DNA of 64,000 nucleotides from Podospora anserina (Eukaryota): contig CM030338.1 of the NCBI GenBank assembly GCA_017654855.1, forward strand, positions 620,001 through 684,000. Reading direction: 5' to 3'. Position numbers and translations under genes: made by a program. Each line of letters begins with the position of its first letter. The stretch's first letter is position 1. Positions 36,324 to 48,945 of the stretch are shown one piece after another. The notes below the pieces were generated by a model, which did not search any database, had not been told where the DNA came from, and was given only the letters and a program-made list of their open reading frames with translations.

Positions 36324-36685
36324 AACAATAATGCACGTATGAAAGGTCTTGCCTGATGGATAAATCCTTCAGTAATCAAATTTCCCACTTATGTCTGCCG
36401 TCAGTGGCTTTTGTTGAGAGCGGGGATCCGGCGGTTGAAGGCTGAAGCCCGGAATCTCGCGTCACCTGATGTGTAACGGCCTGTAACGATTTTCCCTTTT
36501 TCTTTGCATCCGCTCTTTGGCAATCTCTAATAAAGTTTAATCAAGGTTTGATACACCTTCAGTCAGCAAAATACCTCAAAAAGGAATGAACTTTTGCGTT
36601 TCTGCTCCTATCTACCAAACACTCCCGTCCTGATCCTCAGTCAACAGTTGAGTTTTATAACCATCGATTTGTGCAGGGCAACAAA

Positions 36686-38356
36686 ATGTTGAAGCGCACA
36701 GCGGCCAGGCTCGAGTCGACCGGCAGCGAGTCGACCGGCAGCGAGTCGACCGGCAGCGAGTCCGCCAGCGGCGATACCCAACCCTCCCAACCCCCATCTG
36801 CCAAAAGACCCAAAACATCGAAAGACGATGATGGCACAACGGCAGGTCCTGGTCCATTCCGGGGTCTTTGCCTTCTCAACCTTCCAGTCGACATTCTGAC
36901 CATCATCTGTCACTTCATCCAAGAGCAGGATACCGCACCACCTGCACCACCCGTGACTACCAGGACACCAGTCCAGAATGCCATTGCTATTACCCCCGGA
37001 TCAGCATCGACGAAGTAAGCGCCCCCAAAACCAGTGTGGTTCAGCGGACAACCCTCGCTTTTGAACTTTGCTACGACTTGCAAGTATCTTCGAGCAGTTT
37101 CCACGCCAGTCTTATACCGCCCGATCAATCCCAGCCACGGTCTTGCATCTAATGACTATTCTCATGAAGCGAATTTGAAGAAGCTAGTGACCATGAGACC
37201 CCCATGGGAAGGATGCTGGACACTCTGCTAACATGGAGTTCTCTCAATTTCGTACTCTCATCTCACGCCCTGAACTGTGGCACCTGGTGCGCCACGTCAA
37301 TATACGGGTCGGCTATGAGGGCAAGTGTGAGAAGCGCACCTCCTATCTTCAAGAAAAGTTTCAAGTTACCCACAAGAAAAGCCGACTCAGGTCTCTGTGG
37401 GAAAGTGATCTCGACCAGGATGATGAAGTGGCTCGCCGTAATCACCTAATGGCCCGGTCGACTTTTTATCGTCTGCTGCACGAGTACGACCTACCGTTAG
37501 AACCTTAGCTGTGCCCAAAGACTGGATGGGATATAGGTGTATCACGCCTCTGGCCATTCTCTGCCTCGCAAGACGGCTGCGTAGTGTCCGCATCATCCTC
37601 GACGCGGGCTGTCAAGAACGAATCAATCCCCTTCCGAATGGAAACATCAGTGATGCCCAGGTCACCAATATTGTCCTCTTTCCTGATTTGGACACACTGC
37701 TTCTTGATGGTTCTTCTGCATACGATGCTCCACGGTCATGTCACCGTCCAGTCTTTTCCACTCGGGCACTACTACGGCTGGAACCCAAAGATACTCTTGC
37801 TGGTAGCCGCCATGCCCAGCCTGAGGTTTCTTGAGCTCCGAAGGTTTACGTCCAAGCGCGCCTGGGGTTCTCTTCGGTGTTCCGACCCAGCAGTAGCACT
37901 CCCCAAGACCCTTGTTTCCCTGACCCTGATGCACCCCGAAATCCTTCACAGGTACGCTCTCAACAGCATCCTCCGGTTTTGTCGTCATCTCACGAGACTT
38001 CGCAAGACGCTCATCGAGACGTGTAAAGCCCTCGAGGGCTTCATGCTTTACTATGTAGACGGGTTGTGGTAGGAAGATCCAGTCGCATTTTGGTGAAGAC
38101 GTCTCCCGGAGGAGATTTCCTGCACTGAGGGCCGTCAAGCTGGTCAGCGGCGCGCCACCGGAAGGAATCAGCGGGTCGGGCCGGAACAAACTCTGGAAGA
38201 AGAACAACTACCAACCCTTTGCGGGCATTGGTGACACTACCCGCCCCGGAGCTGTTCAGAACTGGCGAGGTGAAGTTGATTGTCCAGGACAGACCAGGCG
38301 AGGATCCGGACAACGCCTACACGGCGTTTGAACGGGAGGTGGGTTGGTGGCCGTGA
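36686..38356 (+). pseudogene. Disrupted F-box-containing protein
   Basis: LLNLPVDILTIICHFI, then an in-frame TAA (37016), then LLNFATTCKYLRAVSTPVLYR. More stops and frameshifts downstream; 3' limit approximate. Confidence 0.6.
36712..36762 (+). repeat. 15-bp tandem repeat (CGAGTCGACCGGCAG) x3, coding ESTGS
   Basis: Directly visible. Confidence 0.9.
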
Positions 38357-40064
38357 GAGGAGAGGAAAACATAGTCGCATCATAGGTGAGGGCAGTCTCG
38401 GACATAGCGCGCCAATAGCTGCAAGGCTATGATGTATGTAGGGGTCCTGTATGGACTGTGAAACAAGGAGAATTATTCAGACTGCATGAGGGAAAACAGA
38501 TCAATCGTAACACAGAGACTTTGCATTGGATGGGCGGTAATTGTAATGGGCACGCGAGAACCTGTCTGTGGAGAAGTGATGTGCAGCATTCTCCCTCCCC
38601 CCCCGGCCCATAAGCCACCAACCCTGGTCCAGCTGGACTATAGACCTCGAATAGGGAATCACTGGAGTTCAACGCCCGGAGATGGCACATCGACAGTCCT
38701 CGCTGATTCTTGGCGAAGCTCCTCACCGAAGCCTCATACGACTGCAGTCATGTATGTATGCAAGGCACCTCTATCTCCAGTTCCCAGGATACCGGGGACG
38801 AAGAGTTCGCAAATCGCCGGATACAGAAACCCACGGCGGTATTCCGGCGATGTGAACCCTGAAACCAGAGGGTGTTCCTGGTACCAAGGATGACTTGCAT
38901 CCTGTCTAATTTAGTTAAGGTAAGAGAGAGACGTCGTCCCAAAGACCATTTAAGGTAGTGGAGGGCAGCAAGTGCGGTATTTCTGCTAGGTGCGTTGACC
39001 TTTGTTCATCGCCAGAAAACATGGTAAGGCTCTCGGCGGTGAAGTGCTCGGTAACGGTTGTGGAACAGTGGTGACTTTCTGGGGCTGTCATTCGTTGGCG
39101 TTCGACATCTACACTGGTCTTGTCCGATGTAGCGCCGGCATATTTGGGGGCTACGGAGTACTCCTGGGTGAATGAGGCCCATGTGTTGCAGACACCGGTA
39201 TGCACGGCACAAGGCGACCAGAGACGGGCGTCTGTTGGGAAGTCTTAGATGATGTGCTGGGAGCTGTATCAGCGGATCATGAACCTTTTTGATGACCATC
39301 TCAAACGGTGAAGCCGTGATTGGACAAGGAAATATGTCCGTTGGTGCGCGAGCTGCCTTTTCACATCAAGCGCGTCTGCCGGCACTTTGTTCGAGGCGAC
39401 CCCACGCTCACCACTGTTTTCCGGGGCCCTGCTAGCACGGCTACAGGGGACGGGAGTGGCTGTTCGCCTGTTTCTGCTCCCGTCCATCTCCCAGCCCAAC
39501 GGTCCTCAACTAGCCCAAGCAGGAGTCGCCTAATTCCCAATCATCACCAAACCCTCACTTTCCACTCTCGCCCGGGCCACCAGGTATGCCAAAATTTTGA
39601 CAGCTACCACACCCGTCCTCCCGCTTTCACCGCCAAGCCATTGACAACTACATCATTTTGTGGGGCTCAACCATGCCGGGTACATGCATTTGAGCATTTC
39701 CTCAGGGGGCCTCCCAGGAGACAACTACCACTTTCCACAAATTTTGATATGTTGTCTTGTGTGTGACTCGACGCTAGGACCAGTCAAAGGTACCTTCAAC
39801 GCCACCACCTTCACAGCCGCCGAAGATGTCTGGTCCACGAAGCCGATTCAAGGATGGCCAAGGCCGTTTCGGTATGCCGTCTTATCGAGATGAGGCCTAA
39901 TCAAGCCAGAGAGAAGCTCTCCAGAGTCCGACATGTCCCGTTTGGTTGTGGAGGCTCTGTTGGAAACAGAGGTATAAAGATGGACAAATATGCCATACCA
40001 GACGAGATAGAATGTGTAAGACACCTCCAGCCCAGTATCGGTTTCTAGGCCAGCCCATCTCACC

Positions 40065-40912
40065 ATGGCAGACTACAACAGCCCGTACGAGGACGGTCAG
40101 GAGGGGTGGGACCAGGGGTACTCGGACCAGCAGTACTTGAACCAGCAGTACTCGGGTACTAACATTCCCCGTACGACTTACATCGACCAGACCGCCCTCA
40201 CATCTCTTGCCGCCAACGCAGGACCTTCGTACCCATATCTCTCTACAGGTTCAGCTAGCCACGACGACCCAGGGTCCTACATACCGCCTCACCCTGGTCT
40301 CGCCACTCAACCCTGGGACATGGGACCATACCAAGTATGGACAACATCATCCTTACCTCCCACTACTACTTATACCATGACATCCGGCGCTTTCTCTGAC
40401 CCCACTGTCACCGGCTTCCCGGACATTGCTCCCCTCTCAGACAGCTTGCCTCCCATCCCTGAGCAGTACGTTGTCCGCCGTTCACACTTTCTTTGCAAGA
40501 TCAAGACCACTGACCCTCAAATATCAGACAGCTCGTGGAGTACCAGAGCGGCTACGACTACTCCTACGGCCAAGCTCCTCCTCGAGAACCCAGCTCATCC
40601 CCTTCCCAACTCAGATGTGACATCTGCAACGAGAACTTTGCAAATCAAAAGAACTGGGACCGTCACCTCACCTCTGAGAAGCACCTCAGCAACGTCGGTG
40701 AGGACGACCCCGACGTCCCAAAGTACAGATGCGCATGCACCTACTCGGTAGCTCGGAAGGACAACTACCGCCGGCACCTCAAGCACTGCGCCTTTCGTAT
40801 CGACTTTGCCTATGTCTGCACCTGTGGGGAGCCCACTCAGGACAAGGAGTATCATGAGCAGCATATCGACAATTGCGGACGCAAGAGACATAAGAAAGGG
40901 CACAAATGGTAG
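40065..40912 (+). CDS. C2H2/C2HC zinc-finger protein
   Basis: Intron 40466-40527 joins the two ORFs in frame. Fingers CDICNENFANQKNWDRHLTSEKH, CAC...RKDNYRRHLKHC and CTC...HEQHIDNC. Confidence 0.82.
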
Positions 40913-41368
40913 AATTTGGTTACCTACCTATTCTATGGAATAAGAGGTGGCAGCTCTGGAGCGGTCGATTTCATTTTTGTTTTCGTTTCACGGCTTGGTC
41001 TCAAGATTTTGGTCCCCACGGACTCGAGAACGTCAGTCGCTTCAGTTACAATTTCCCTTTTCTTTTCGATTACGGTACCTATCAGCACACGACTTTTATG
41101 ATGACTTACGACAATTTTTTTTCCCTTTCGAGACGTATTCATTTTATTTTTCATTTGTTACACGAGACGAGAGTGCCCGGGCATTTATGAGTTGGAAAGG
41201 AGGGGGGAGGGGGGAAAGAGCTGTTCGGCGAGCAAGGGACTAATGAGGAGGAGGCGAATGGTACCATTTGAATGTCTATTAACATGTTTTCCTTTTTTCT
41301 TTTCTTTCTCCAATAATTACAATCGCTTTCCCACCCCATCAACCATGACAAGTGAAAAACCCCCCCGA

Positions 41369-42319
41369 CTAACCCCTAAAATACCTCCCCTTATTCACCA
41401 CCGGCGCCTCAGTCCTCTTCACAGCACCACCGGTCCACTTCTGCGTAACCGTACTCCTCACCACAACAACCGGCGTCCCATCCGCCCGGCTCATCATCTG
41501 CTGCTGCTGCTCATGCCCCACCGGCCTCGCCTGAGGCGCCACCGTCGGCCCAGGAACCACATACCCCGTCAAGCTCGTCGACACATCAATCAAAATCCCC
41601 TCGTCCGTCTCCTTGTAGAACCCCCTCGCATCGAAACTGTCCAGCTTGAACGGTTGCGGGACCGGCACAGCCGGCACAGGCGCCTCCACCCAAAGGTTCA
41701 TACAAACCGGGTAATTCTGCGCGCCTCCCTTGTTCTTGGCAAAGTGAAGCGCGATGATCTCGTGACGGAGGACATAGGGTCCCGGCTTCAACCCACGCGG
41801 GATCTCCACCTGCCACGAGTTATTCCTCGCGATCATCACGTCCGTCGCCCACTTCCCCGCCGGACTTCCCCATGTCCCTGGCTCTCCCGGCACGAGGACA
41901 GGGTCGGAGTCGTCGAGCTTGGTCCAGCGGAGGTTTGTCTTGGAGACAGATCCGCACCCGTCAGCGGTGTTGAGGCAGGGGGCGATGTAAGCCAGCACCG
42001 GGCCGACGTGGCCGATCGGCCAGCCGTTCCACTGGATGTGAACCTTTTCCCCCGCCCGAACGGGGGCGTGGGCCGAGGGGGGAGCGCCGGACTTGTGGCA
42101 GATGATCTCGGCGGAGGCGTACTCTGCCGGGCCGACGTAGCCGTCGTCAGCGTTGGAGGAGGACCAGCCTACCCGGTTGGGGAAGTTGGCAATGTTGGGG
42201 CGGGGGTCGAAGCCGTTGTAGAGCACGCCGTTGACGAGGATGTGGGCGAGGTGGGAGTGAGCCAAGGCTTGGGAGGCTGCGGCTCCCAAAAGGAGGAGGG
42301 AGGTCGAAAGGGAGGGCAT
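41369..42319 (-). CDS. AA9 (GH61) lytic polysaccharide monooxygenase
   Basis: Signal peptide followed by His1 (A|HSHL), HVGPVLAY, YVLRHEIIALH and GAQNYPVC. Confidence 0.95.
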   Translation of the reverse strand: MPSLSTSLLLLGAAASQALAHSHLAHILVNGVLYNGFDPRPNIANFPNRVGWSSSNADDGYVGPAEYASAEIICHKSGAPPSAHAPVRAGEKVHIQWNGWPIGHVGPVLAYIAPCLNTADGCGSVSKTNLRWTKLDDSDPVLVPGEPGTWGSPAGKWATDVMIARNNSWQVEIPRGLKPGPYVLRHEIIALHFAKNKGGAQNYPVCMNLWVEAPVPAVPVPQPFKLDSFDARGFYKETDEGILIDVSTSLTGYVVPGPTVAPQARPVGHEQQQQMMSRADGTPVVVVRSTVTQKWTGGAVKRTEAPVVNKGRYFRG

Positions 42320-44817
42320 GCTGTCAGATTATGCAGGTTGCCGGGAGCCGAAAAATAATCAACAGCAGGAAAAGGGGGGGAAGGGATGGGAATAAAAGAT
42401 GTGAGCTATAGGGTTCAGTCCTTTGAGAGTGAGCTGACCAGGCGGCTATTGTTGGCGGCAAGTGGACAAGACAGCCCAGCCTGTTGTGTTGGGATGACAA
42501 GCAAATCCAGATATTGGGGTGCAGAGGCGGTTGATATTTATCCTTATTGGAGACAATAACATGATGATCTGGAGCTGGCTTGCCGAGTTGGCTCCGCATG
42601 ATCGTTCTGCTAAGAGATTCAAATTGCATCTCACGCCTCTTCCCGTTCCCTGTTGCAGAGGAAGAAGGCACGGTTCGGCCGTAATGCGGTCTCTTGCCGT
42701 CTTGTCGATGATGAAGCCTGGTTGCTGGGATCCATCGTGGTGTTTGTTCTGTCAGGGGTCCACTTACACAGTGGGTTGCCAACATTGTACATGGAAAAAG
42801 ACCATGGTGTTTGCTCTGCAATGCCTCTTTTGGGAAAATGCAAGGTTAGGAACCAAGGACCGAGGACTCCCGCCGATCTCCTCACCGAATCCTCACCTCA
42901 TGATCCAAAACAATGAATCCTTGAGACGTTGCAGACACCAACAAAGAGAGAAATAGTGATGATCCGGCAGGGAGGGGCAGAAAAGACTTGTCACGGAAGG
43001 GAGCGTTGCGTTATTTGTCCAATTCAGTTAGTGTCATTTGTCCCATCTGCCACGCCGGATAAAACGTCTCTTGTTCTTCAGGCTTGAATGGGCCGGTAGT
43101 CATGTGTGGATCCGCGGATCAACACACCCACGCCGCTGTTTTCTGGGGAATGTGGGGCTCGAATTCATCTATCTGAGATGCTGCTTGTTAGTTACCTGTT
43201 CCGTGTTTGAGGGTTTTCAAATGATGTACAAAATGCGGCAGATTCTCTCGGCGGGGAAATACCCACTGCAGTTGAGCTAGTTTTCTTTTTGATTTTGATT
43301 TGGAGTCATTCGTTCAACTATACGCTCGAAAAAGTTTCTTCGGTCTTGGAATCGATATCCAGTCCCTGCACCCTGTCCCCCACGCATACTTCCTCACCCC
43401 CATGGAACACACCTGACAACGGTTCTGGAATCTGTGCCGCTAATGGAAATGCACATCATTGACCGGTCTCTCTCAAAGGATGCGGCACAGGAGACCTATT
43501 GCCAAGTCGGGGAACTGTCCAGGGCAGCCTTAGTAACCCATCGCTTGCATGGTGCCAATCAGGAAGCCAGGCACAGGGGGGCCGACAACGACCTTATGGG
43601 TACCAAACCTGACCTCACTCATGGTGAACAAGGGGACCCGAGTGAATGGGATCCAGGTCCAGACCTGCTTCCATGCCATCACTGTTGATCTCTCGAAAAC
43701 GACATCAAATCCGCATCAAGTCAGAAATTTTTGTTGGTTGTTACTCATTTCTTGGTACCCATCCTCACTTGATCCTGTTTCGCCCTCTCTGTCCTGTCTC
43801 CATTCCCCTGACATCAACCAAGAATTCACCTACCTGGCGAGACCCTGCAAACCTGTCCCTCAACATGCCGGCCCCAACGGACATTTTCACTCTTGCCTCT
43901 AACCCCAGCCACGTGGTGGGCGTGGTATTCCGGTTTCCAAGCAATGACCAGTGCGGTTCACCAACATGGATCCAAGGATGCCATGCCATCCAACCTCCCT
44001 CCCAGACCTCCCTCACCGAAACCTCGTATCCCCTCACCTCCCCACCTACCACCCCAACCAACCAGCCAAAAACCCCGAATCTCCGCTTGCGTAACAACGG
44101 AAAGGCCCTTCCCTTCCAGTTTCATGCCCGCCAAAGTTCCACAACATATCGGGCTTATAGTCGGCTTCCGTTCGCGGGAGTCGGTGCGTTCTAACCCGTG
44201 TGGCTTGCCTGGGCGTGGTGTGATCCCGAACGCCTCGAGAGATGTGGCTTTCAAGGGTTTGGTCCCTGGGAGATGGCTGACCGAGATAGTATCGAGACTG
44301 GTTTTGAATCGATAGACGCGGTGGGAAGGGCCGGAAGACCCGGTTCACCGTTCAAAGCACGCCGAACAACATCCTTTGTGAGCCAAGAAAGGAAGATGCA
44401 CCTAGGCAGTCAAGAGTTGGCCGCCTTTAAGACCACCCCAGGCCAAATTCGCAAAGAGATCTTGTTCAGCACTCCGCTGGAAAGAAAGTAGGAACCGTAC
44501 CAAAAGACAAAGAACCAATCTATTGTGCTTTCAAGTTTGAAACCAAGAACAGAAAAATCCATTAAGCTAAATAATTAAATCATTAAACGCCATATGCTTG
44601 TGTCAATCCCAAGTTCCCAACCCCGTCTTCCCAGCCCCACCTATGGTCGACGAGCTGCCCCAAACGTTACCCAGAATATATACAAGCCCACCCCCCCCCC
44701 CCTCCACAACCATCACATGGTCAAAATATCATATCATCCGAAGCGAAAGCCTTTTGTTTGTAATCCCCCTTTTGTGTGTCCCTCCTTTCATACATACCAT
44801 CCACTCTCCGTCATATC

Positions 44818-47002
44818 TTACCACCTCCAAGAACAAAACAAAAAGTAATGCACAATATACAAATTATACCCATTCAGTATCAACAACGGCAGCGTGTGAT
44901 ACCAAGGAAAGTCATTCTTTAACCTGTACGTCACCGCGCTAATCACACCGCCAATCGTCAGTATCGTCCAGAACCAACAGAGCAGCCTCATGTTTCTAAA
45001 CTTGTTGCTCTTCTTGTGCGCCTTCTTGTCGCCCGACGCCGCCCAGAGGAGCTCAATCCCAAACAGGCGGTCTTTGATGGCCGTGAGGTAGGCGTACGAC
45101 TGGACTATCATGACGTGCTGGACGTTGAAGCCGTATTTGGCCTTGGCCCAGAAGCGGAAGAGCAGGGAGCCGTAGATGATGGAGGGGATGGCGAAGGCGA
45201 GGTTGTAGTACTTGAACCATTCGGGGCGGAAGATGAGGAGGAGGGTGCCCGGGATGGGGGAGATGAAGATTCCGAGGGAGACGGCCGAGTAGTAGAGGAG
45301 ACCTGTTGATGTCAGCATTGATCGCAGTAAAGGGATGGGAAAACGTCGAGGGTAAACACACCACAGAGATAGCAAACCTTCTGAATGAAGGAAAGGTTCG
45401 AAGTCCAGAAATGCTTGGTCGTCAGGAGCGTCGTGCTGCCTCTGGCCCAGCGCATCTGCTGCGAGAAAAAGGAGCGTGGGGTGTTGGGGCAGATGCCCGT
45501 CGCCAAGCAGAGAGGCACGTACTTGACCTTCCAGCCGCGGTCAACAGCACCGAAACTGCATCTGGTTAGCCCCACTGTCATCTCCCGTCAACAGCCAGAG
45601 CAGTCAAGACTCACCCAGTATGAACATCCTCCGAAAACCCAATCTCGGCCGTCCCTCCCACCTCGACCAGCGCCTCCCTCCTGTACACGGCATTGCTCCC
45701 CACACAAATCGACGCACCCCATTTGTTCCGGTTCACCTGCACCACGCGATAAAACAACTCCTGCGTCGCTCCTGCACCCTGCTCAACCCAAGTCTGGTCA
45801 TCGGTCACCCTGAAAAACTGCGGACTCTGGATGATAGCCGTCTTGGGATCCGCCATGTGCTCAACAACAAGCTCCTTGAGGAAATCGGGACGAGGGCAGA
45901 AATCAGCGTCAAAGATGGCAAAGAACTCCCCCTCCGTCCTGGTAAAAGCCCACCGGAGGTTGCCCGCTTTGCGCAGCCTTGGGCGGTCCTCACGGACAAT
46001 GTAGTTGAAGCCGTACTTCTCTGCCAGAGCCTTGATGGCCGGTTGGTCACCATCGTCAAGGACATAAACCTTGAGCTTTGCCGCGGGCCAATCAAGCTTG
46101 ATGACGTGCTGGTAGGTGTTCTCGATAATCTCCAAGGGCTCAGAGCAGCAAGGCAGGTAGACATCCACCGTCGGGGCAGTCTCATCGTTGATCGGGTACT
46201 TCTCGACCAGCTCCCGGTGGCCCTTGTAGTCCCAATCCTTGCCAACCACACCGACAAAGTACGAGATGATGAGGTAGACGTTGAGGAAGCCGACAAAGAC
46301 ACCGTACCAGGCGAAGATGGGCGCGCAGACGGAGAAGAGCCACATGCCAGCCGAGAGGGTGAAGAAGGAAAAGAGGCCAAAGATGTAGAGCGGGATGCGG
46401 TTCGTGTGCAGGTACATCATCTTCTCCTCGTCGGTTGGGCCGGTGGGGAAGACCAAGCCTGGTTCCTCCCTTGGGCAGTAGGTCTCCCGGAAGCGTTCAT
46501 AGAGACGCTTGAATGGATTCCTGGATTTCTTTCTGGGCGTAGCGGCTGTCTCCTCGCCGGCCTTCTCCGCGTCAGTAGAAGAGAAAGCAACAGGCTGGGT
46601 GCCCTTCTCAACGTCAGCACCGGCCTTTTCATTGAACACTTCCTCCTGTGGTAAAGCGGCAGTCTGCTGAACATGTTAGTATCTGGTTCAACCTTGAATC
46701 AGGAAGCAGATTGCTTACGATTGTCTCCCCCTTGATTGTTTGTGTTGGGGGCGGCCGTGTCAGTGCTCTTGCAGGAGGGGTGACATCGGCAACGGGGAGG
46801 TCCTGAGTTGGCCAGCGTTAGTACATCGCACGGCGATATTAACCATGGTTGCACTTACTCCAGATGTCCTCCTCGAAGACGCACTCTGTGCTGACGAGTC
46901 CACATCTGATGGGTCTCTGAAAGGATCTGGAGTGGCCAGGCTTAAACTGGAACTTGGGGTCTCTGGTATCCCGGGCCGAAGCTGATCCTGACGAGGCGCC
47001 AT
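44818..47002 (-). CDS. Processive GT2 glycosyltransferase, cellulose-synthase-like
   Basis: Five exons from ATG 47002. D,D,D,QxxRW motifs: LDDG, KAGNL, FDADF, QSPQFF, SEDVHTG and QQMRWARG. N- and C-terminal TM helices; no PilZ domain. Confidence 0.92.
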
Positions 47003-47716
47003 CCCGATCTATAGCTGCGCCTGTATCGGCAGCGAGGCTGGAAAGGGGAAGGGAAAGAAAGAAAAGACTGGTCGTGGAGAGGACGACCGACCACGCAGGT
47101 GGGAAAGATCGAAAGGGAAAGAAGAACACAAGAGAGAGACTTGCAACCCAGACGGAGAAAAGAACGACCGTGTGAGGTGTGCAACGCACGACAAGGCCAC
47201 GATATAAGACGAGCAGCTTCACGGGGGACAGGCCGGCTGCTTCTCTTCACCGATCTGTGATCCAAGACGGCGGACAGTTGCGGTGACGTTTGCTCGGTAC
47301 GACGCCGGCAGTGGCTGCCAGACGATCTCGCCGAAGAGGGAAGACACTATTGAAGCTGAAGAGCTAGGGGGGGGTAAAAGATACCATCCCACGCCTGCTC
47401 AAAACGGAGGGCGATCGCTTGATAGGGGAAGTGACGTGGTCCCTGGGCCCTGGCCCGTAGAGAAAGAAGCGCCAACCTAAAATGGTGGCCCGCTACACTT
47501 CGGCAAAAGAAAACAACGGGCAGGACAGACGGCCGGTACGAAAGAGAAAAGAGACATGCAGCAGAAGAACACAAAGAAAGAAAAACATGAGATGGAAATT
47601 CTGCGGAAATTTCGACACACTGCGGAAGGGCTGCGGGACGTGAACATGGGGCCACTGCAGGTACCCATTAGCCAGGATGTGGATCCGCGAAGGCTAGACT
47701 TTCTGATTAGACGACG

Positions 47717-48945
47717 TTATAATAGTACAGCACCAGCACTTCCGATGATCGACATGTTCAACACTACCAACCATGTCCATGACCATGATGCTGCTCGAGT
47801 GTCTGGGGCGGCCCGAGCAGCACCTGACTTGGACTTGGGAAGCTCCTCGGGCGGCAGTGTTGGGGCTGCTCCGGTGTCGAGCACCATATCGAAGTCCGTG
47901 GCCGAAAAGGTGACATTTTCCACAGAACGGAATGCTTCTGATCCAAAAGCCACCACGCCGACAAACGAGCCAGCTGAGACAAGGCCTTCGCGCCAGAGGT
48001 ATTGCAAAAGGGGCGAGACCTCTGCCGAGAAGCTCAGCGCGTTTCCCTCGGCCACCCACGAGAATACGTTGGTACCTCTCTGGTTTTTTCCGTAGTACAA
48101 GGTGCTAGGGCAGCCACGTTAGCGGGAATTTGTAATGACTGGCCGACTGATGAGTGAGTCCAAACAAAAACAACATACAAGTCCACATTGCCCAAGGTGA
48201 GACTTATGCGAGGTCTGTTTTCGTTCCATCCAAGAGGCTGCGCATGTCCAAATCTCCCGAGCCAAATCATGATTTCCGTCTCGGCCATGGTTTCCTTGAC
48301 AGACTTGTCCGCATTGCGATCGGCAAACATGTCGAAGGCCACATTGGCCGTCACGTCAAGGTCGGCCAAGGCTGAGGTATCAACACTCAGTCTCGGTGCC
48401 GGTGTCGATCCCGCCCCCATGGACCATTTCCCTGTCAGATGCATTGCCGAGATGTTGGATAGCGTGACGGGGAGAGCCGGGGCTGTCAGCTTAACGTGGG
48501 GGTAGGAGTGCACCGTATCCGCCGCCGAGGGCCATTTCCAAGTGGCATCAAAGGCCGGCGGTGAGTCTCGAACCTGGGAATCCTGGTCAGCCCTGAGAAC
48601 CGTGATAGCCAGTCAGGTGGGTGGGGGGGAGAGACAAGACAAGACACGGGGCCAAGACTCGGGGGCGGGAAGGGGAGTAGGGGAAAAAGCAGGAATCCGC
48701 TCACGTACCGACATGCACTGAAAGCCCTGGCCATCAGGATTCCACGCGTTTGGAACATCTGGTGTCGAGTGAGCCGTGCTTGCTCACTGTCGAGGGGATC
48801 TGATTGGGTACTCACATATCAACTCGCCCGATCGGCTCGTATAAGTCTTTTGGTTGCAGACGGTTGCATCGTACGAGCCAGAGCTTGCAGAAGTCTGTTT
48901 GATGCATAATAGAACCAGGACAATTGCGTGGCCCAGGCACTGCAT
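47717..48945 (-). CDS. GH12 endo-beta-glucanase with signal peptide and probable GPI-anchor signal
   Basis: Four exons: MQCLGHAIVLVLLCIKQTSA / YVPNAWN...FQCM / FDATWKW...HSYPHV...NVAFDMF...ETEIMIWL / GSEAF. Both catalytic Glu present. Ends KSGAA plus a hydrophobic tail. Confidence 0.85.

Noticed and set aside
36472-36488. TGTAACGGCCT matching the solo-LTR end in reverse complement
   Set aside because: Only an 11-bp match, with no second terminus or TSD found.
41192-42358. 388-aa plus-strand ORF
   Set aside because: Antisense to the AA9 gene; explained by codon bias.
45620-46654. 344-aa plus-strand ORF
   Set aside because: Antisense to the main GT2 exon.
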